A DNA stretch of 64,000 bases from NCBI RefSeq assembly GCF_009914755.1, contig NC_060942.1; one strand, given 5' to 3'. This DNA comes from the human T2T-CHM13v2.0 reference genome, Homo sapiens. Each line of letters opens with the position of its first letter. Within the stretch, counting starts at the first letter, position 1. The position numbers and the translations under genes are program-made. Below the pieces are notes generated by a model. That model saw nothing but the letters and a program-made list of their open reading frames with translations, had not been told where the DNA came from and ran no database searches. Below are positions 30,260 to 44,790 of the stretch, in pieces.

Positions 30260-30645
30260 ATATATATAGATATGATAAAATACATATATTCATCTCAATA
30301 CACCTGCCTCCTCCATGGCTAATATATATATTATATAATATATATATTTTATATTTATAATATATATAATATATATATAATATATATTTTATATTTATAA
30401 TATATATAATATATATATAATATATATTTTATATTTATAATATATATAATATATATATTTTATAGTTATTATATATAAAATATATATATATTTTATATTT
30501 ATAATATATGTAAAATATATATTTTATATTTATAATATATGTAAAATATATATTTTATATTTATAATATATGTAAAATATATATTTTATATTTATAATAT
30601 ATGTAAAATATATATTTTATATTTATTTTAATATATATATATATT
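30260..30645. repeat. AT-rich minisatellite/(TA)n tract containing a 35-bp foreign insert
   Basis: Nearly pure A/T with ~40-bp and 31-bp (tatatgtaaaatatatattttatatttataa) units; insert at 30289-30323. Confidence 0.92.
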
Positions 30646-31091
30646 GCTGTGACATTTGTTAGTATTGCATATCAGAACCACTCCACACAATGGACTTTGG
30701 GAGATTATTTCTTAAGTGCCACTTACCAACTCTGAACACTGTTTGTCTACCTAAACTACTTCCCATATTTTTTACCTGGCAAGCCTCTGCTAATCAATTG
30801 ATCCTTGAGTACTTCAGATGGAACACCTTAGGACTATGTGAACCCCTACATCACTCCTGCAGGAAGAAAGTGTTTCAGGCTTCCTGAAGGAGAACTTCTC
30901 CAAGTTCCCAATGCCAGCTTTATTGGCCTGTCTGCATCTGCTCCCAGATTCTCTACTTTTTCACATGTGCCCAGAAGAGACATATTCCTGCCCCATCTGA
31001 AGCCAGCCTCCCATCTGAAACCAGCCTCTCCATTTTTCCACTTGCCAATTCAAGGATGTTACTGCACAACTATGTCCCTTCTCCTTCATGA

Positions 31092-31586
<495 letters not shown>

Positions 31587-33624
31587 TGATCCACGTTGAG
31601 AGTCCGTGGTGGCTCTTAGCTCAGCTAATTAACACCTTAACCCTAACGCATACCCTCCTTCTTCATGCGGGTCATGGAACACCACAGGCTTCTCTCCACT
31701 CGCCGCCCCTCCCTCTTCTGTTTCTTCTACTGACTGTTCCTTAGGGTGGACGGAGGTTTTCCTTAACTCCCTCATTTTTCTCTGCCTGAGTTCTGAGCCA
31801 GTTCAGCCACAGGGAAAGGAGTTGTGCTGATGGGAACCACAACGTGCCTTTTATTTCTGATAAGCATCGGTTGAAATACGTGGCTTCACAACAGCCAGTG
31901 GCCTTCCTAATATAACTGCGGAGGGAATCTAATCACCCAAACCGCAGGCTGGTCTTCATGGGGTGGCGTCTCCTCTCTGTGGGTAGTGGATGTGGCAGGA
32001 GGATGATGACCTCTTCTGTGCCAGCAAAGAGGAGCTGGGGAGAAGACCAAGGGTGTGGCAGAGCCATTCTGACCAAGCTCCTTTCCCACACTCAGCCATT
32101 TTAGTCACTTCTGCTTTACTGGGCCGAAGTGAGCCACAGCAAGGCGAGGCCCAGGGTGTTGGTCCATGTGTTTCTTTCCAGATGGATCCACACGGAACCA
32201 GAGAAATGAGAAACTCACGTGGCCCCCAGTGCTGCCCATCTGTTTGTGCTTCTGAACTTCTAGGGGTGGCAACCCCAACACCAACCCCTGCCCCTGGGGC
32301 CGGTTTAGTTTTTGTCCTCGGGTGACTGAACTGGATTAAGATGGCATTTTAACTGCAAAGCCATGCTGTACCCAAGGCACAAAAAATGCCACTCTATCAT
32401 CTATTCTCTTTCCTGTTTCAAATTATGTTCCGGAACATTGCCCAAGAAGGCTCGTAAGAGGTTCTCCAAAAATTATATAAGAACTTATACGTATATGAAT
32501 AACAAGTGCATTCACTGACTCCAATAGTAAAGTTCCAGCATGAAATGTCTTAACTTTGAATCTAAATTCCCATTGCAAAAGTCCCGGTGAGAAGCCCTGG
32601 AAAAAAGGTCAGGGCCTTTGAAAGTTAAAGTTCCAAGTGGAATTATCTTAGTTTATGAGTTGAGTGTCTGAGGAAATTAAAGTGCAAACATTACTCTGTT
32701 TCTTATCGCTCTCAGCTGGGGCTGGGAGAGGCGTGTTCTTCCAGCAGCTGCAGGTTGGCCTCTTTCCTGGGATGGCTATTCTCCCTCCAGCCCCTCAACA
32801 GCCGTGCCTGTCCTCAGTGCCTCAGAGAGCAGAGAGTCTCTGCTTCATCCAGCACTAGCCTCAGTCTCAAAATAGGCAGAATGAAACAAACACCCAGTTC
32901 CATGGAGTTGTTTTTTGGAGCAACCTAATAGGGTTTTATTACTCTGATTTCAAAGGTCCAGTCAGTGCTTAACCCGTCGAAGAGGTTGACTGCCACCTGA
33001 GGAATGAGTAGCTGGAAAAGTGGGGCAGATGGGGAAAATCCTAGCTCTTCCCAGGTCTCCTGACAACCAGTCACATTTTCAGTGTTTTCCGCTGACTTCC
33101 CTGGTGAAACCCTCTAAACTGTCCATACTTGTGAATCCACTTTGTCTTGCTATCACACTGGGAAAGCCCTGCCCCTCAAGATTTTTCCAAGAACCTTCCC
33201 TTTTCAATCATAAGAAGGTACAAATCAATAGCTTCACCAATCAGTACTTTCCTGGATCTCAGATCCTTCTGATAGTCATGCTGCCTAGTCCCTGGGTTTG
33301 TTCCTTCTTATTCTGCCAGAGGTTCTGGGCCTCCATCACTGTGCAGCAGTGAAAACGCATCCTCTTCTGTGCCACTTTCACAGAGAGAAACGGGCCCAGG
33401 CGTGCCTCATTTTCCCCTTGCTATCATCTTATTCTGGCCTTAAAGATCTGAATTTCCCCATCATATCTCTGCAGCTGTTTTCGAATGGGTTATTCTTTCT
33501 CTCCAACAATCCTCCTCTTTTTCTACTGGAATCAGGATGTTTCTTTATTTCTTTTCATTCTCACCCTGCTCTTGTTCTGCTGGTGAGATTGAAACTTATT
33601 TTTCAGACCACTCCCGAGATTCCA

Positions 33625-34706
33625 CCGTGAATCTGCCAAAACAAATTGCCTTCAATTTGATGGCTTAAAACCATAGTGATTTATTTTCTTAGAGTTCTAG
33701 AAGCCAGAGTTTAAAATCAAGGTGTCACAGTGGCCATGACCTCTCCAAAGCCTCTGTGGAGGGACTCTTCCCCACCTCTTCCAGCCTCAGTGTCACCCAG
33801 CGTTCTTGGCTCTGAGTTCACAACCCCAGTCTCCACCCATGTCTCACCCAGCGTTCCTGACCCCAGTCTCTGCCTGTGTCTCACTCAGCATTCCTGGCTG
33901 TGACCAGACAACCCCAGTCTCTGACCGTGTCTCACCCAGCCTTCCTGGCTGTGACCAGACAACCCTAGTCTCTGCCTGTGTCTCACTCAGTGTTCCTGGC
34001 TGTGACCAGACAACCCCAGTCTCCAACCGTGTCTCACCCGGCCTTCCTGGCTGTGACCAGACAACCCTAGTCTCTGCCTGTGTCTCACTGAGCATTCCTG
34101 GCTGTGACCAGACAACCCCAGTCTCGGCCTGTGTCTCACTCAGTGTTCCTGGCTGTGACCAGACAACCCCAGTCTCCGCCTATGTCTCACTCAGCGTTCC
34201 TGGCTGTGACCAGACAACCCCAGTCTCTGCCTGTGTCTCACTGAGCATTCCTGGCTGTGACCAGGCAACCCCAGTCTCGGCCTGTGTCTCACTCAGTGTT
34301 CCTGGCTGTGACCAGACAACCCCAGTCTCTGCCTGTGTCTCACTTAGCATTCCTGGCTGTGACCAGACAACCCCAGTCTCTGACTGTGTCTCACCCAGCC
34401 TTCCTGGCTGTGACCAGACAACCCTAGTCTCTGCCTGTGTCTCACTCGGTGTTCCTGGCTGTGACCACACAACCCCAGTCTCTGCCTGTGTCTCACATGG
34501 AGTTCCCCTTGAATGTCTGTTTCTCTGTGTCTTCTCTTCTTCTTATGAGGACACCCATCATTGGATTGAAGACCATCCTGAATATAAGATTTTTCCCCCT
34601 GAGATTCTTAATTAATTATATCTGCATAGGCTCCATTTCCAAATACAATAACATTCTGGGGTTCTCGATAAAATAAATTTGGGGAGACATCATGGAATCT
34701 ACTACA
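33625..34706 (-). mobile_element. MLT1B/C-like MaLR LTR expanded by an internal VNTR
   Basis: ggcttaaaacc...aaaatcaaggtgtc before the array; ttatgaggacacc...cattggattg...aatttggggagacat...ctactaca after it. Confidence 0.75.
33792..34496. repeat. 51-bp minisatellite (VNTR): 12 full units plus 2 degenerate leading units
   Basis: Unit ctcactcagcattcctggctgtgaccagacaaccccagtctctgcctgtgt; translates as 17-aa repeats SLSIPGCDQTTPVSACV. Confidence 0.95.
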
Positions 34707-34773
34707 CTGTATAACTCAACAAGTTGGCATACATTTTTCTTTTCCTATTAATGTCACTATTTTCAGTAAAAGA

Positions 34774-34778
<5 letters not shown>

Positions 34779-34805
<27 letters not shown>

Positions 34806-35047
34806 ACAGGGTCTTGCTCTTTTGCCCAAGCTCAACCTCCCAGATTCTAGCCATCCTCCCACCTTGGCCTCCTAAGCATCTGAAACTACAAGTGCATGCC
34901 ACCACACCTAGCTATTTTTTTTTTTTTTGTAGAGACAGGATTTAGCCATGTTGCCCAGGCTGGTCTTGAACTTCTGGGCTCAAATGATTCTCCTGTCTTG
35001 GCCTTCCAAATTGCTGGGATTACAGGCATGAGCAACTGAGGCCAGCC
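34779..35047 (-). mobile_element. AluJ-like SINE with an internal deletion and a (TG)n tail microsatellite
   Basis: (TG)~13 at 34779-34805, then gacagggtcttgctc...ttacaggcatgagcaactgaggccagcc. Confidence 0.88.
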
Positions 35048-36719
35048 ACTTTCAGAAAAATTTACAGTTCTTCTTCAGGAGAGTTATGTAGAATCTGTAT
35101 TTCAGAAATATAAAGCCATCCATGGTCACAGTGCATATAAGTAACATATCCAGAACTCATTTAAACAACATGCTGGGGCTGGCTTTTGAGCCGCTGGGAT
35201 AGCCTCACAGATTCCAATCTGAATCCCTTGTGGTTTCATTCCTGGCCTCTGAAGGAAATTCAAAGGGGGAGTAAAATTTAATGAGTTGCCCTAACACTAC
35301 TGGCACCAAATCTTCAAAGACAGAACTTCACCTGTGCTTTCTACCCATATTGAACTCAGAGGTCTTTGCTATTTAAAGTTTCAAACTACATTACAAAACC
35401 TAAGTCTTTGCCACCAGGAGACCCATCTAAGTAACACAGTAAAAGAAGCAAATAAATATCCTTCCTAATGATGTAAGGCCTATATATGGAAAGTCTAATA
35501 TTTCCCTTTACACACATTCTAGCCGTGACTGCACCTGTTACTAAATCCCAGGACCTCTTTTAAAAATAAATGTTCTGCAGCTGTAAACACAAGGCCCCTG
35601 AGTCTCAGTCCCACTGGACCCACACTTACTCAAGGCATGTTCTTCTGTCCCAGACGACACAATTTAGAAGCCAGATTTCACAAATGGGAACCCAACCACG
35701 TGGCTCAGTAGATGTCCTCACCATCGTCAAGGGGCTTAGCAAAGCCCTGTTCCTAAAGCTGCCATTGAACTCTGTTTCCCAAAGGCCACTCTTTGTCTCC
35801 CAAGGTTACTGGGATAGATGCCAGAAGTGAAGGCTCGAAGGAGCTAATCCACTCCCCCACTCTCATCCCTGTCCAAATTCTGAACCAATCGAGAGATAGA
35901 CAAAGGGGAGAGAGACGGAACTCAACAAAGATAATTATGTAAAACTAGACTGGAAATGTAGCTTAGGTCCTGGCCAAATGAGTTTCCTCATATTCTCCAT
36001 TTAAATACAAGCCCTGTGCCTCTCAGCTTATCTTGGCGAGAGAGGAGCAGGTGTGACAGTAGGATACAGCATCCCATCTAACCCGGAAGCACTTAGGATA
36101 GTAGGGTACATTGTCCCATCTAGCCTGGAGGCACTTAGGCGTCACCATAGTAAAGGGTCCTCCACAGGGAAACAGGAGGGGTGGAGAAAAAGTGTTCCTG
36201 TGTAATCTGGCCTGGTTCTCTGAGCTCCTTCCCTGCTGTTTCCAGTCCTCCACTTGGACATCACAGAAGCCACATAAATGATGTTCATATTCCTCAAACA
36301 CACAATGTATCCACCTCTCAGGCCTCTTGTTCTTGTGGTGATTCTAGGATATTTTCTCTAATTATGGATGCAAATGTCTTCTCATAATTAATACATGATA
36401 ATACCACTTCTTCATATATAATATCTGTTACCATCCCAACAAAAGCAGGTACTCTCATCTCTCTAATTCTCTCTTGTTTATTTTTAAAATTTACTACTTT
36501 GTTTGTTCATAGGCATTTTTTTGGTCTCATCCAATTTAAATGTCAGCTTCTTGATGTCAGGGACATTTTCTTGGTTAGCACATTAGTACATATTAGTTGT
36601 GATTCAACAAATATTTATGTTTTGGCTGACTTATAATTTGTGTTGTCACAGCCCTTCATTTGTAACTCTACTGATTGTATTGGAATTCATTTGTTTGTCC
36701 CGCCTGAAATCATGTCTCT

Positions 36720-37042
36720 CTTTCTGTCTCCCCCAACTTCTCTCTCTCTCTGTCTCTCTCTCTTTTTGGCCCGGGCTCCCTCTGTTGCCCAGGCTGGAGT
36801 GCAGTGGCGCCATCATGCTTCACTGCAGACCTCCCAGGCTTAAGCAATCCTCCCGCCCCAGCCTCCTGAGCAGCTGGAACTACAGGTGTAAACCACCATA
36901 TCAGGTGAATTTTTGTATTTCTTGTACAGAAAGGATCTCACTATGTTGCCTAGGCTGGTCTCGAACTCCTGGGCTCAAGTGATCTGCCAGCCTCAACCTT
37001 GCAAAGTGCTGGAATTACAGGCATGAGCCACGGCGCCCAGCC
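36720..37042 (-). mobile_element. AluJ-like SINE with a (TC)-rich tail
   Basis: ctctgttgcccaggctggagtgcagtggcgcc...gcatgagccacggcgcccagcc. Confidence 0.9.
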
Positions 37043-38137
37043 TTGAAACCATCTCTTATTTGCCTTTTAATCCCCAAAAACTAAATATTGAGAGCTGATG
37101 TAATGTTTATTGCATATTCGGTCAGCTTAAATCTGCGTAGGATTTGAGAGACTGTAACACATTGCTTACTTTCAATGAAGACTTCAGGAAAATGATCTTG
37201 ATATGATAATATTTCTCTATATATTTGTTACATTTGCAAAAGGAAACAAATGCTAATTTGTATTAATGTATCTAATTTGTCTAACTAATGTATCTAATTT
37301 ATCTAATTAATGTATCCAATTTGTATTAATGTATTCTAGTAATGTAAAAGGGTAATTAAATTATGACCTCTAAAAATCTACAAAATGTCACTCTCTTCTT
37401 AAAACTAAAGATAATTTTAGTTCAGTTTTTGTTGTTGCTGTGAAAATGTTATTTCTCAGTGCAAGATTTTCTATTTGAGTAGAATAGTTAGTGATTATTT
37501 TTAATTACCTTGTCTTTGATGAAGCTCACAGTAAAAAATAATGAGACCATTGCAAATAAGAAGTATGTCTTCTGAGGGAGTAAATAGTCGTATTCATTTG
37601 GGGCAATTCTGAAATTCAAAGATTTGAGTAATCAGTGAATAATTCATGATTGTCTTTTGCTAAACTTTTACATTATAGCCCTCTTGGTTATTCTCATCAG
37701 TGAAACTTTAAACTTCATGAGGAAACATTAATGCCTCAGAGTGTCATCTAGTCTAAAAGCTGCTTTTATTGACTAAGCTACAAAAATTCAATGAACTGTG
37801 ATGAATAAATCACAAAATTGTGATAAGTCAAAGCAAACACAGAAGTATTCTTAAGAGAAAATGCGTTATAAAAGTACATCTTTCAAGCAATTAAACTTAT
37901 ATTAAATATTACATTTGGTCAAAATCATATCCTGTATATTTTTAAGTTAATGTGTTGCTATCATTGCATGCCTCTCAATAGTAATGAAAGTTCTGAGTAA
38001 CATTACATTAACACTTGTGATTTTAACAGAAGATTTTAATAGTCCTTTCGATCTTGATGAAGCTGACTCAAAACTTACTACAGTGGTCAGCTTTGACAGC
38101 TTATTGGTGACCAATTATACTGAAGCATAAATTTGAA

Positions 38138-38452
<315 letters not shown>

Positions 38453-38655
38453 TAGATACCATTTTACTATTTTTTTTCCAAAATGAATACACTCAAGTTG
38501 TCTTTTTGCTTTCTGAAAATGTGGGCTTATGCGGAAAAAAAGAGTCTTCTTTGAGAAGGTAAGACTTTGACAACTCTATCCTCATGGAACAACTCCAGAC
38601 ACAACCAACAGAGCCTCATGATTTGGAAGTTAGCTGTAGGAAGACGTTTTTCTGA

Positions 38656-38977
<322 letters not shown>

Positions 38978-40251
38978 CCATCCTTTGATATTCTTTTCAC
39001 TAATCACATTAATTGTGTGAATGCCACTTGCTTCTTAAACTTTTTCGCAGCCTATATGCCCTGTCATTTAAATACTTGTGCTCTGCAAGGTGAATGTTAA
39101 TCTCTGAACGAATGTGCTCCCCCCCACATCCCACTGCCTGTCACTGTGGGCCTTGTCACAGCCAGGTGCATATGCAAGAAGTCGCTTGCATTTTAAAGTA
39201 TAAGCTCTGGCAACCAGCCAGGGTGGACATCATCGGATCCTCTTATGTCTGTCAAATCCCATGCTTCATGAGTGTTCCTATGTGTTTTCCTTACAAACAG
39301 AATTCAAAGAAATCCTTGTTAACTTCTCCAAAATAAAATTAGTGCCATTGGGTTAAAATAGCAGGACTCCCAGCATTCACTGTACAAGCCAGCCATGGAT
39401 ATCAAGAAAATCTGACCACTCATATCACCGCTCAGGTTTTCTTCTGAACAGAGCTCATGAAACACTGACCTCTCCTTCCTTTTTGGGTCTCCATTCTGGA
39501 CTCCATGAAGATGACTCAGTTTACCCTGACAAACCTGTTATGTCAATGATAAATTACAATCATTCAACTAAGCAATTGTGCAAGTTCGGCTGTGAGCTCC
39601 ATCAGAGTCAGGCTTTCCTCTAGGATGCCTCCTAGTCTCAGCTCTGTCTCTGGAGCTCACATCTTCCGGCCCACGCTGGGCTTGTGCGCCTTCTCAGCAG
39701 GCCTGCCTTGTGTTTACAACCCTCCTTCCCCGACACCACAAGGCAGCTACTGCTGTTCCCAAGGCACTGATACAATCACAGGCCTTCCCTCTCTTAGTGC
39801 ATGGATCACCCCCACCTCACACTCCAGGGCTTTCTCTTTAATGGAGAGTGCAAGCTATTTTGAGCAGAAAGAAAGGAAGGTGCTTTTCTTCTCTGGAACA
39901 GCACCAATGAGAACCATTGTTTCACAGTTTATATCCTTAGTCATTCATGGTGAAACAAATCATTGGGGAGAAAAATGAACAAAAAAACCCCAGAAGTTTT
40001 GTAAGTTCTAATATGCATAGGCTCTGGCTCTATTCTCTGGTGAGAAGGTTTCTGCTAGGCCCACAGTTTATAATATAAATACATATTTCTCTACACTCAT
40101 GTAATCCAGAGGACCTGTAGATGAACTCCAGAGCTGTAATCAAGGTCAAATGACATCACGTGAAGACCCAGTGCTCAAAATATAACCACTAGTAATACAC
40201 TGGAGCACATACTTGGAGATGTTTTGCTGATAGTTATAGGTAAAACTAAAT

Positions 40252-40279
40252 TGTGTGTGTGTGTGTGTGTGTGTGTGTG
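40252..40279. repeat. (TG)n microsatellite
   Basis: About 14 perfect TG units. Confidence 0.95.
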
Positions 40280-40303
40280 CACATATATGTCTACGTAAGT
40301 ATA

Positions 40304-40636
40304 CAGTCAGACTTTCATATCCTTGGGATTCACATCTGTGAATTCAAGCAACCTTGGATAAAAACTATTCGAAAAAAAATTGCATCTGTACTGAACATGT
40401 ACAGGCTTTTTTACCTTGTCATTATTCCATAAACGATACAGTATAACAACTATTTATACATTTACATTTAATTAGATATCATAAGCAATCTAGAAATGAT
40501 TCAAAGAGGTGGAACGGTGTGCATAGCTTATATGCAAATATTACACCATTTTATATCAGATACTTGAGCATCCATGGATTTTGGTACCATTGGGAGGTCC
40601 TGGAACCAATCCCACATGGACACCAAGGGATGACTG
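40304..40636. mobile_element. MER2 (TcMar-Tigger) non-autonomous DNA transposon
   Basis: Terminal inverted repeats cagtca...tgactg flanked by TA; internal gcatctgtactgaacatgtacag and cttgagcatccatggattttggta. Confidence 0.88.
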
Positions 40637-40841
40637 TATAATCTATGAGTATAACTGTATTTTTATCTATGTTATTATGTTGATAGCTACATAAAATTGC
40701 ATTGTGTAGATGTATAATAATTTTTAACATTTATTTATTGAATATTTATTTCCACCAAGACACAGTAAACAACTTTGTGCATACATCTTTACATATTTAA
40801 ACATCATTTCTAAAAAAATTAATTCACCAAAATTGGATTTT

Positions 40842-40889
40842 AGATGATAGATAGATAGATAGATACAGAGAGATAGATAGACAGATAGA
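40842..40889. repeat. (GATA)n-type microsatellite
   Basis: gatagatagatagatagatacagagagatagatagacagatag. Confidence 0.85.
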
Positions 40890-41334
40890 GGATATGGTCT
40901 ATATGGTTCATTAATGGCCCAATGATTAAAATCACTCATGATCCAAAGATTATGAGATCCAAATATATATATATGTAAAGTTGAACATAGTTTGATTTAT
41001 ATCATCATGATTTTTAGCAGCAAAGGTATAATTCTATACCTAAAGTACTAAGCTTTTATGAAGATTTTGTTTCTGTTTACTCTGAATTATCTAAATAATT
41101 ACTTCATTTCATTTATGTAGATAAACTATATTGGCAATAATCTTAACTCTGACGGATTTAGGGATCTCAAAACAATCAACTTTAGTAACATTCTAATTAG
41201 TTGATGTAGATTATTTTCATTCTGCACTTCCCTGTTTTCCAGGAGGACAATTTACTCACTGGTGAGGAAGCAGGCTGACTTGGCACACTGATTTGCCTGA
41301 TGGTGACACCAGTGCCTATTGTGGGCACTGAGTA

Positions 41335-41999
41335 TGATTCCCCCTTCTTTCTTATTTCTTCCTTTTGAAACAACAGGAATGTCTATCCCATACTTGTCCC
41401 ACTATTGTATTTTGGAAGCACATAACTTGTCTTATTTCACAGGTCATAGCAGGAGAGGAATTTGCCCCAGGAGGAATCTTACCTTGAGTCCCACCCATAC
41501 CTGATTTAGATGATATTGAGACGATATTTTGGACTTAGAGTTGGTGCTGAAGTGGGTTAAGACTTTGAGATGGAATGAATATATTTTGTATGTGACAAGG
41601 ACATAAATTTTGGAGGGAGCCTGGGGAAGAATGTTATGGGTCAAATGTGGCTCCTCAAAATTCTTATTTTGAAGTCATAACTTGCAGTATCTCAGAATGT
41701 GATTGAGAATGTAATTAAGTTAAAATGAGGTCATTACGGTGGACCCTAATTCCACACGACTTGTGTCTTTCTAAGAGGAGATTAGGACACAGACACACCG
41801 AGGGAAGACACTGGGAGAATGCAGTTGTCTGCAAGCCAAGGAGAGGGGCCTTAGAGGAAACCAACTCTGCCAACACCTTGATCTAAGGTTTCTCCAGAAT
41901 ATAGGAGAATATATAGCATCCAGAACTATAAGAAATAAAGTTTTGTTGTACTACTCAATCTGTAGCACTTTGTTATACTAACCCCAGAAAACTAATGCA
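41335..41999 (+). mobile_element. MLT1A internal 3' fragment (41335-41631) plus MLT1A-type 3' LTR (41632-41999)
   Basis: Internal: ggaatgtctatccc...attgtattttggaagc...aaggacataaattttggagg; LTR: tgttatggg...gaggaaaccaactctgccaacaccttgatc...aaaactaatgca. Confidence 0.8.
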
Positions 42000-43089
42000 A
42001 GTGGATAGCTCATTCAAGCTAATTCAAGTGGGTAAGCTTGTCCAATTGTAAGTAATGAGCTGGGCAGACAAAATCCATCAGCCAAAACCAACTGAGGTTC
42101 AGGACCACGGCTAGCACCTTGCATGCGCCCACTGAAAAAGTTGCTGGACTTCTGCAAAACACTGTTCACCCCATCTCCAAATAGCTTTCCAGGCAGCTGC
42201 TTGGATTAATCTCGTCATCCAGAGGGTGTTGTTTTTCATGACGAGGAGTATTTCTGGTTTAAGTGCTCTGATTCTGTGGTATAGGGTATAGGAACATAGA
42301 CACGCACATCTGTTCATGTGTTTATATTTAATACGTATGTACATATATACAAGTTTTATACATGTATATGTACATATATGCACATATACATATATGCATA
42401 TGTGGGTATGTGTATATAAAGCTTCGAAGCATTGTTTACTTTAAGAAAAAGTCACATCCTGCAAAAAATGTTGAAAAAACAATACACAGAATTCTGTATA
42501 CTCTTTACCCAGCTTCCCTTAATGTTAATGTTACATAGTCACAGTACAATTATTAAAATCAGTAAATTAATGTTGATACAGTACTACTAACTACCTGTAG
42601 ACCTTATTCAAATAGCATGAATTGTTCCACCAAAGCCTTTTTCTCAGGTAAGTATCCAGTCAAGGTCAGACATCACATTGACTTGTCATATCTTTGCCAT
42701 GGCAGCTGGCATAATATTGCTTTGTTGCATTCCTGCTATTATTTACTTTGATCATTAGGTTAATGCTACTTCCCAGTTTCTCTCTTGTAATGCTACTTTT
42801 CACATTTTTAATTAGTAGCCATCTTTTAGGGAGATATTTTGAGAATATGTAAATATTCTGCTTCTCATCAATATCATAATTTGCTTATCAATTTTAGTAT
42901 CCATTGATGATTTTTTGCCAGAAACAATTCTTACTATAATATTTGCAAAAGAGCGATTTTCTGTTTTCATCATTTATTTTATAATTTTCATCATTTCTTC
43001 TGCATTTAATTGGGATTCTACCATAAGAGAGAACTTTCCTTTTGTAGCTGTCTGTCTATGTACCTATCTATCTATCTATCCATTATGAG

Positions 43090-43382
43090 ATTTTTTTGGA
43101 CTTAGCATCTGGCTCTGTCACCGAGGCTGGAGAGCAGTGTCACAGTCTCAGCTCACTGCAGCCTGGAACTACGGGGCAGAAGCGATCCTCCCACCTCAGC
43201 TTCCTGAGTAGTTGGGACTACAAGCAAGCACCACAACACCCTAATTTTTGTATTTTTTATAGAGATGGAGTCTCCCTATGTTGCCCAGGCTGGTCTTGAA
43301 CTCCCGGACTCAAGCGATCCCCCTACCTCCACCTCTGCCTCCCAAGCACTGGGATTACAGGTGTGAGCCACCTCGCCTGGCC
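43090..43382 (-). mobile_element. AluJ-like SINE
   Basis: tctggctctgtcaccgaggctggag...ggtgtgagccacctcgcctggcc. Confidence 0.9.
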
Positions 43383-43685
43383 TATTATATGATTTTTTTT
43401 TCATACCTGTGTGGACCTATGGCTGTTTTATTCTATTTATTATCACTGTTTATTCTATTGCTAAAACTGCCCCAGACTTGGCCATTGTATACTCCTCTGA
43501 GTTGCCTTCTGCTTCCTTCAAACAACCTCGCATTTTTTGGGAAGTTATTTACTTACAGGCACCCCTAGATCACCCACACTCCTCTTGTTTTCTCCTTGCT
43601 CTTAACCTGGATGACCAAATTCTCCAAGGAAGCATGGTTTCTTCACTGGATAATAGTATTTAAAGACCAAGATCTGGGTGTTAAG

Positions 43686-43858
43686 CAAAATGGGCTACAG
43701 AATATTTAGGGCCCAGTTCAAAGAAAAGGCAGAGTCCATTGTTTAAAAAATATTACAAAGGTAAGGGTGGTGGATGCAGAGAGGCAAGCCAAGCCCAGGC
43801 CCTTCTGAATGCAGGCTGCTGTGTGGCTTCAGGGTTGCAAATGCTGAGGCTAGTCCTG
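43686..43858 (-). mobile_element. MER45A (hAT-Tip100) DNA transposon
   Basis: ggctacagaatatttagggcccagt...ggcccttctgaatgc...ctagtcctg; degenerate 8-bp TSD gtgttaag / gtgccagg. Confidence 0.72.
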
Positions 43859-44340
43859 GTGCCAGGTGTATTTATCACTACTGGGTTTTCATTGTCTCTG
43901 CGCCATCTCAGGAGACAGGCTCAGACATATGTGCACATAAACACAGGTGCACACAGGCACATGTTCAGCCACTTCCTGCTTCCCTAGCTCTCTGTATGTG
44001 CGTACACATACGTGCATATATATCCATGACTTCCATGCGGCACCTCCAGTTCCAATCCATGTTCTCAGAGTTTTCTCTGAGAAGAAAAGTTTTTTCTTTC
44101 TCTTATTTGCTAGTCTTTCTCGACAGTTAAATACCTAGCACTTACTAACCATAATAGATTATATGTTTCTTTAGTCATTGAATTTGTACAAGGTAGTTTT
44201 AGATTTGCAAATCCGTAACCCTGTAAAAATTTGCTAATTAGGAGGCAGTATTTGTGTGCAGTTCTTTGTGTCTTTTGCCTTTGGCTGTAGGTGAAGACAT
44301 TGTTTCCAGAGTTACTCAGGCTAGCTCTTTGTCTCCCTAC

Positions 44341-44790
44341 TGTATTAGGTTTCCTGTTGCTGCCTTAACAAAGAAACACAAGCTGGGACTTTAGCCAACA
44401 GAAATGTATGGTTTCACAGTTCTGGAGTTCCAAAGTCTGAAATCAAGGTGTCAGCAGAGCTGGGCTCCCTCAGAGACTGGGCAGAGTCCATCTTTGTTCT
44501 TCCAGCTTCTGGTGATGGCCGGCGATCCTCACACTGCCTGGTTTTTAGATGTGTCACTCCCATTTCCACCCACACGGCCACATGTTCTCCCTGTGTGTCT
44601 GTGTCTCGGTGTCCAAATGTTCCTCTCCCTAGAAGGACATGAGTCCCATTGGATTTAAGGCCCACCCTAAGACAGGATGACTCCATCTGAACTTGGCCAC
44701 CTCTGCAGAGACTCTCTCTAAGTCACATTCACAGGTACTGGGGAGTGGGTCTCAAGCATCTTTTTAGGGGACACAATTTTACCCATAACA
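44341..44790 (-). mobile_element. MLT1C-like MaLR solo LTR
   Basis: tgtattaggtttcctgttgctgcc...gtctgaaatcaaggtgtcagcag...ggggacacaattttacccataaca. Confidence 0.85.

Noticed and set aside
33792-34496. CRISPR-like regularly spaced repeats
   Set aside because: The units are contiguous with no unique spacers, there are no cas genes, and the context is a primate LTR; it is a VNTR
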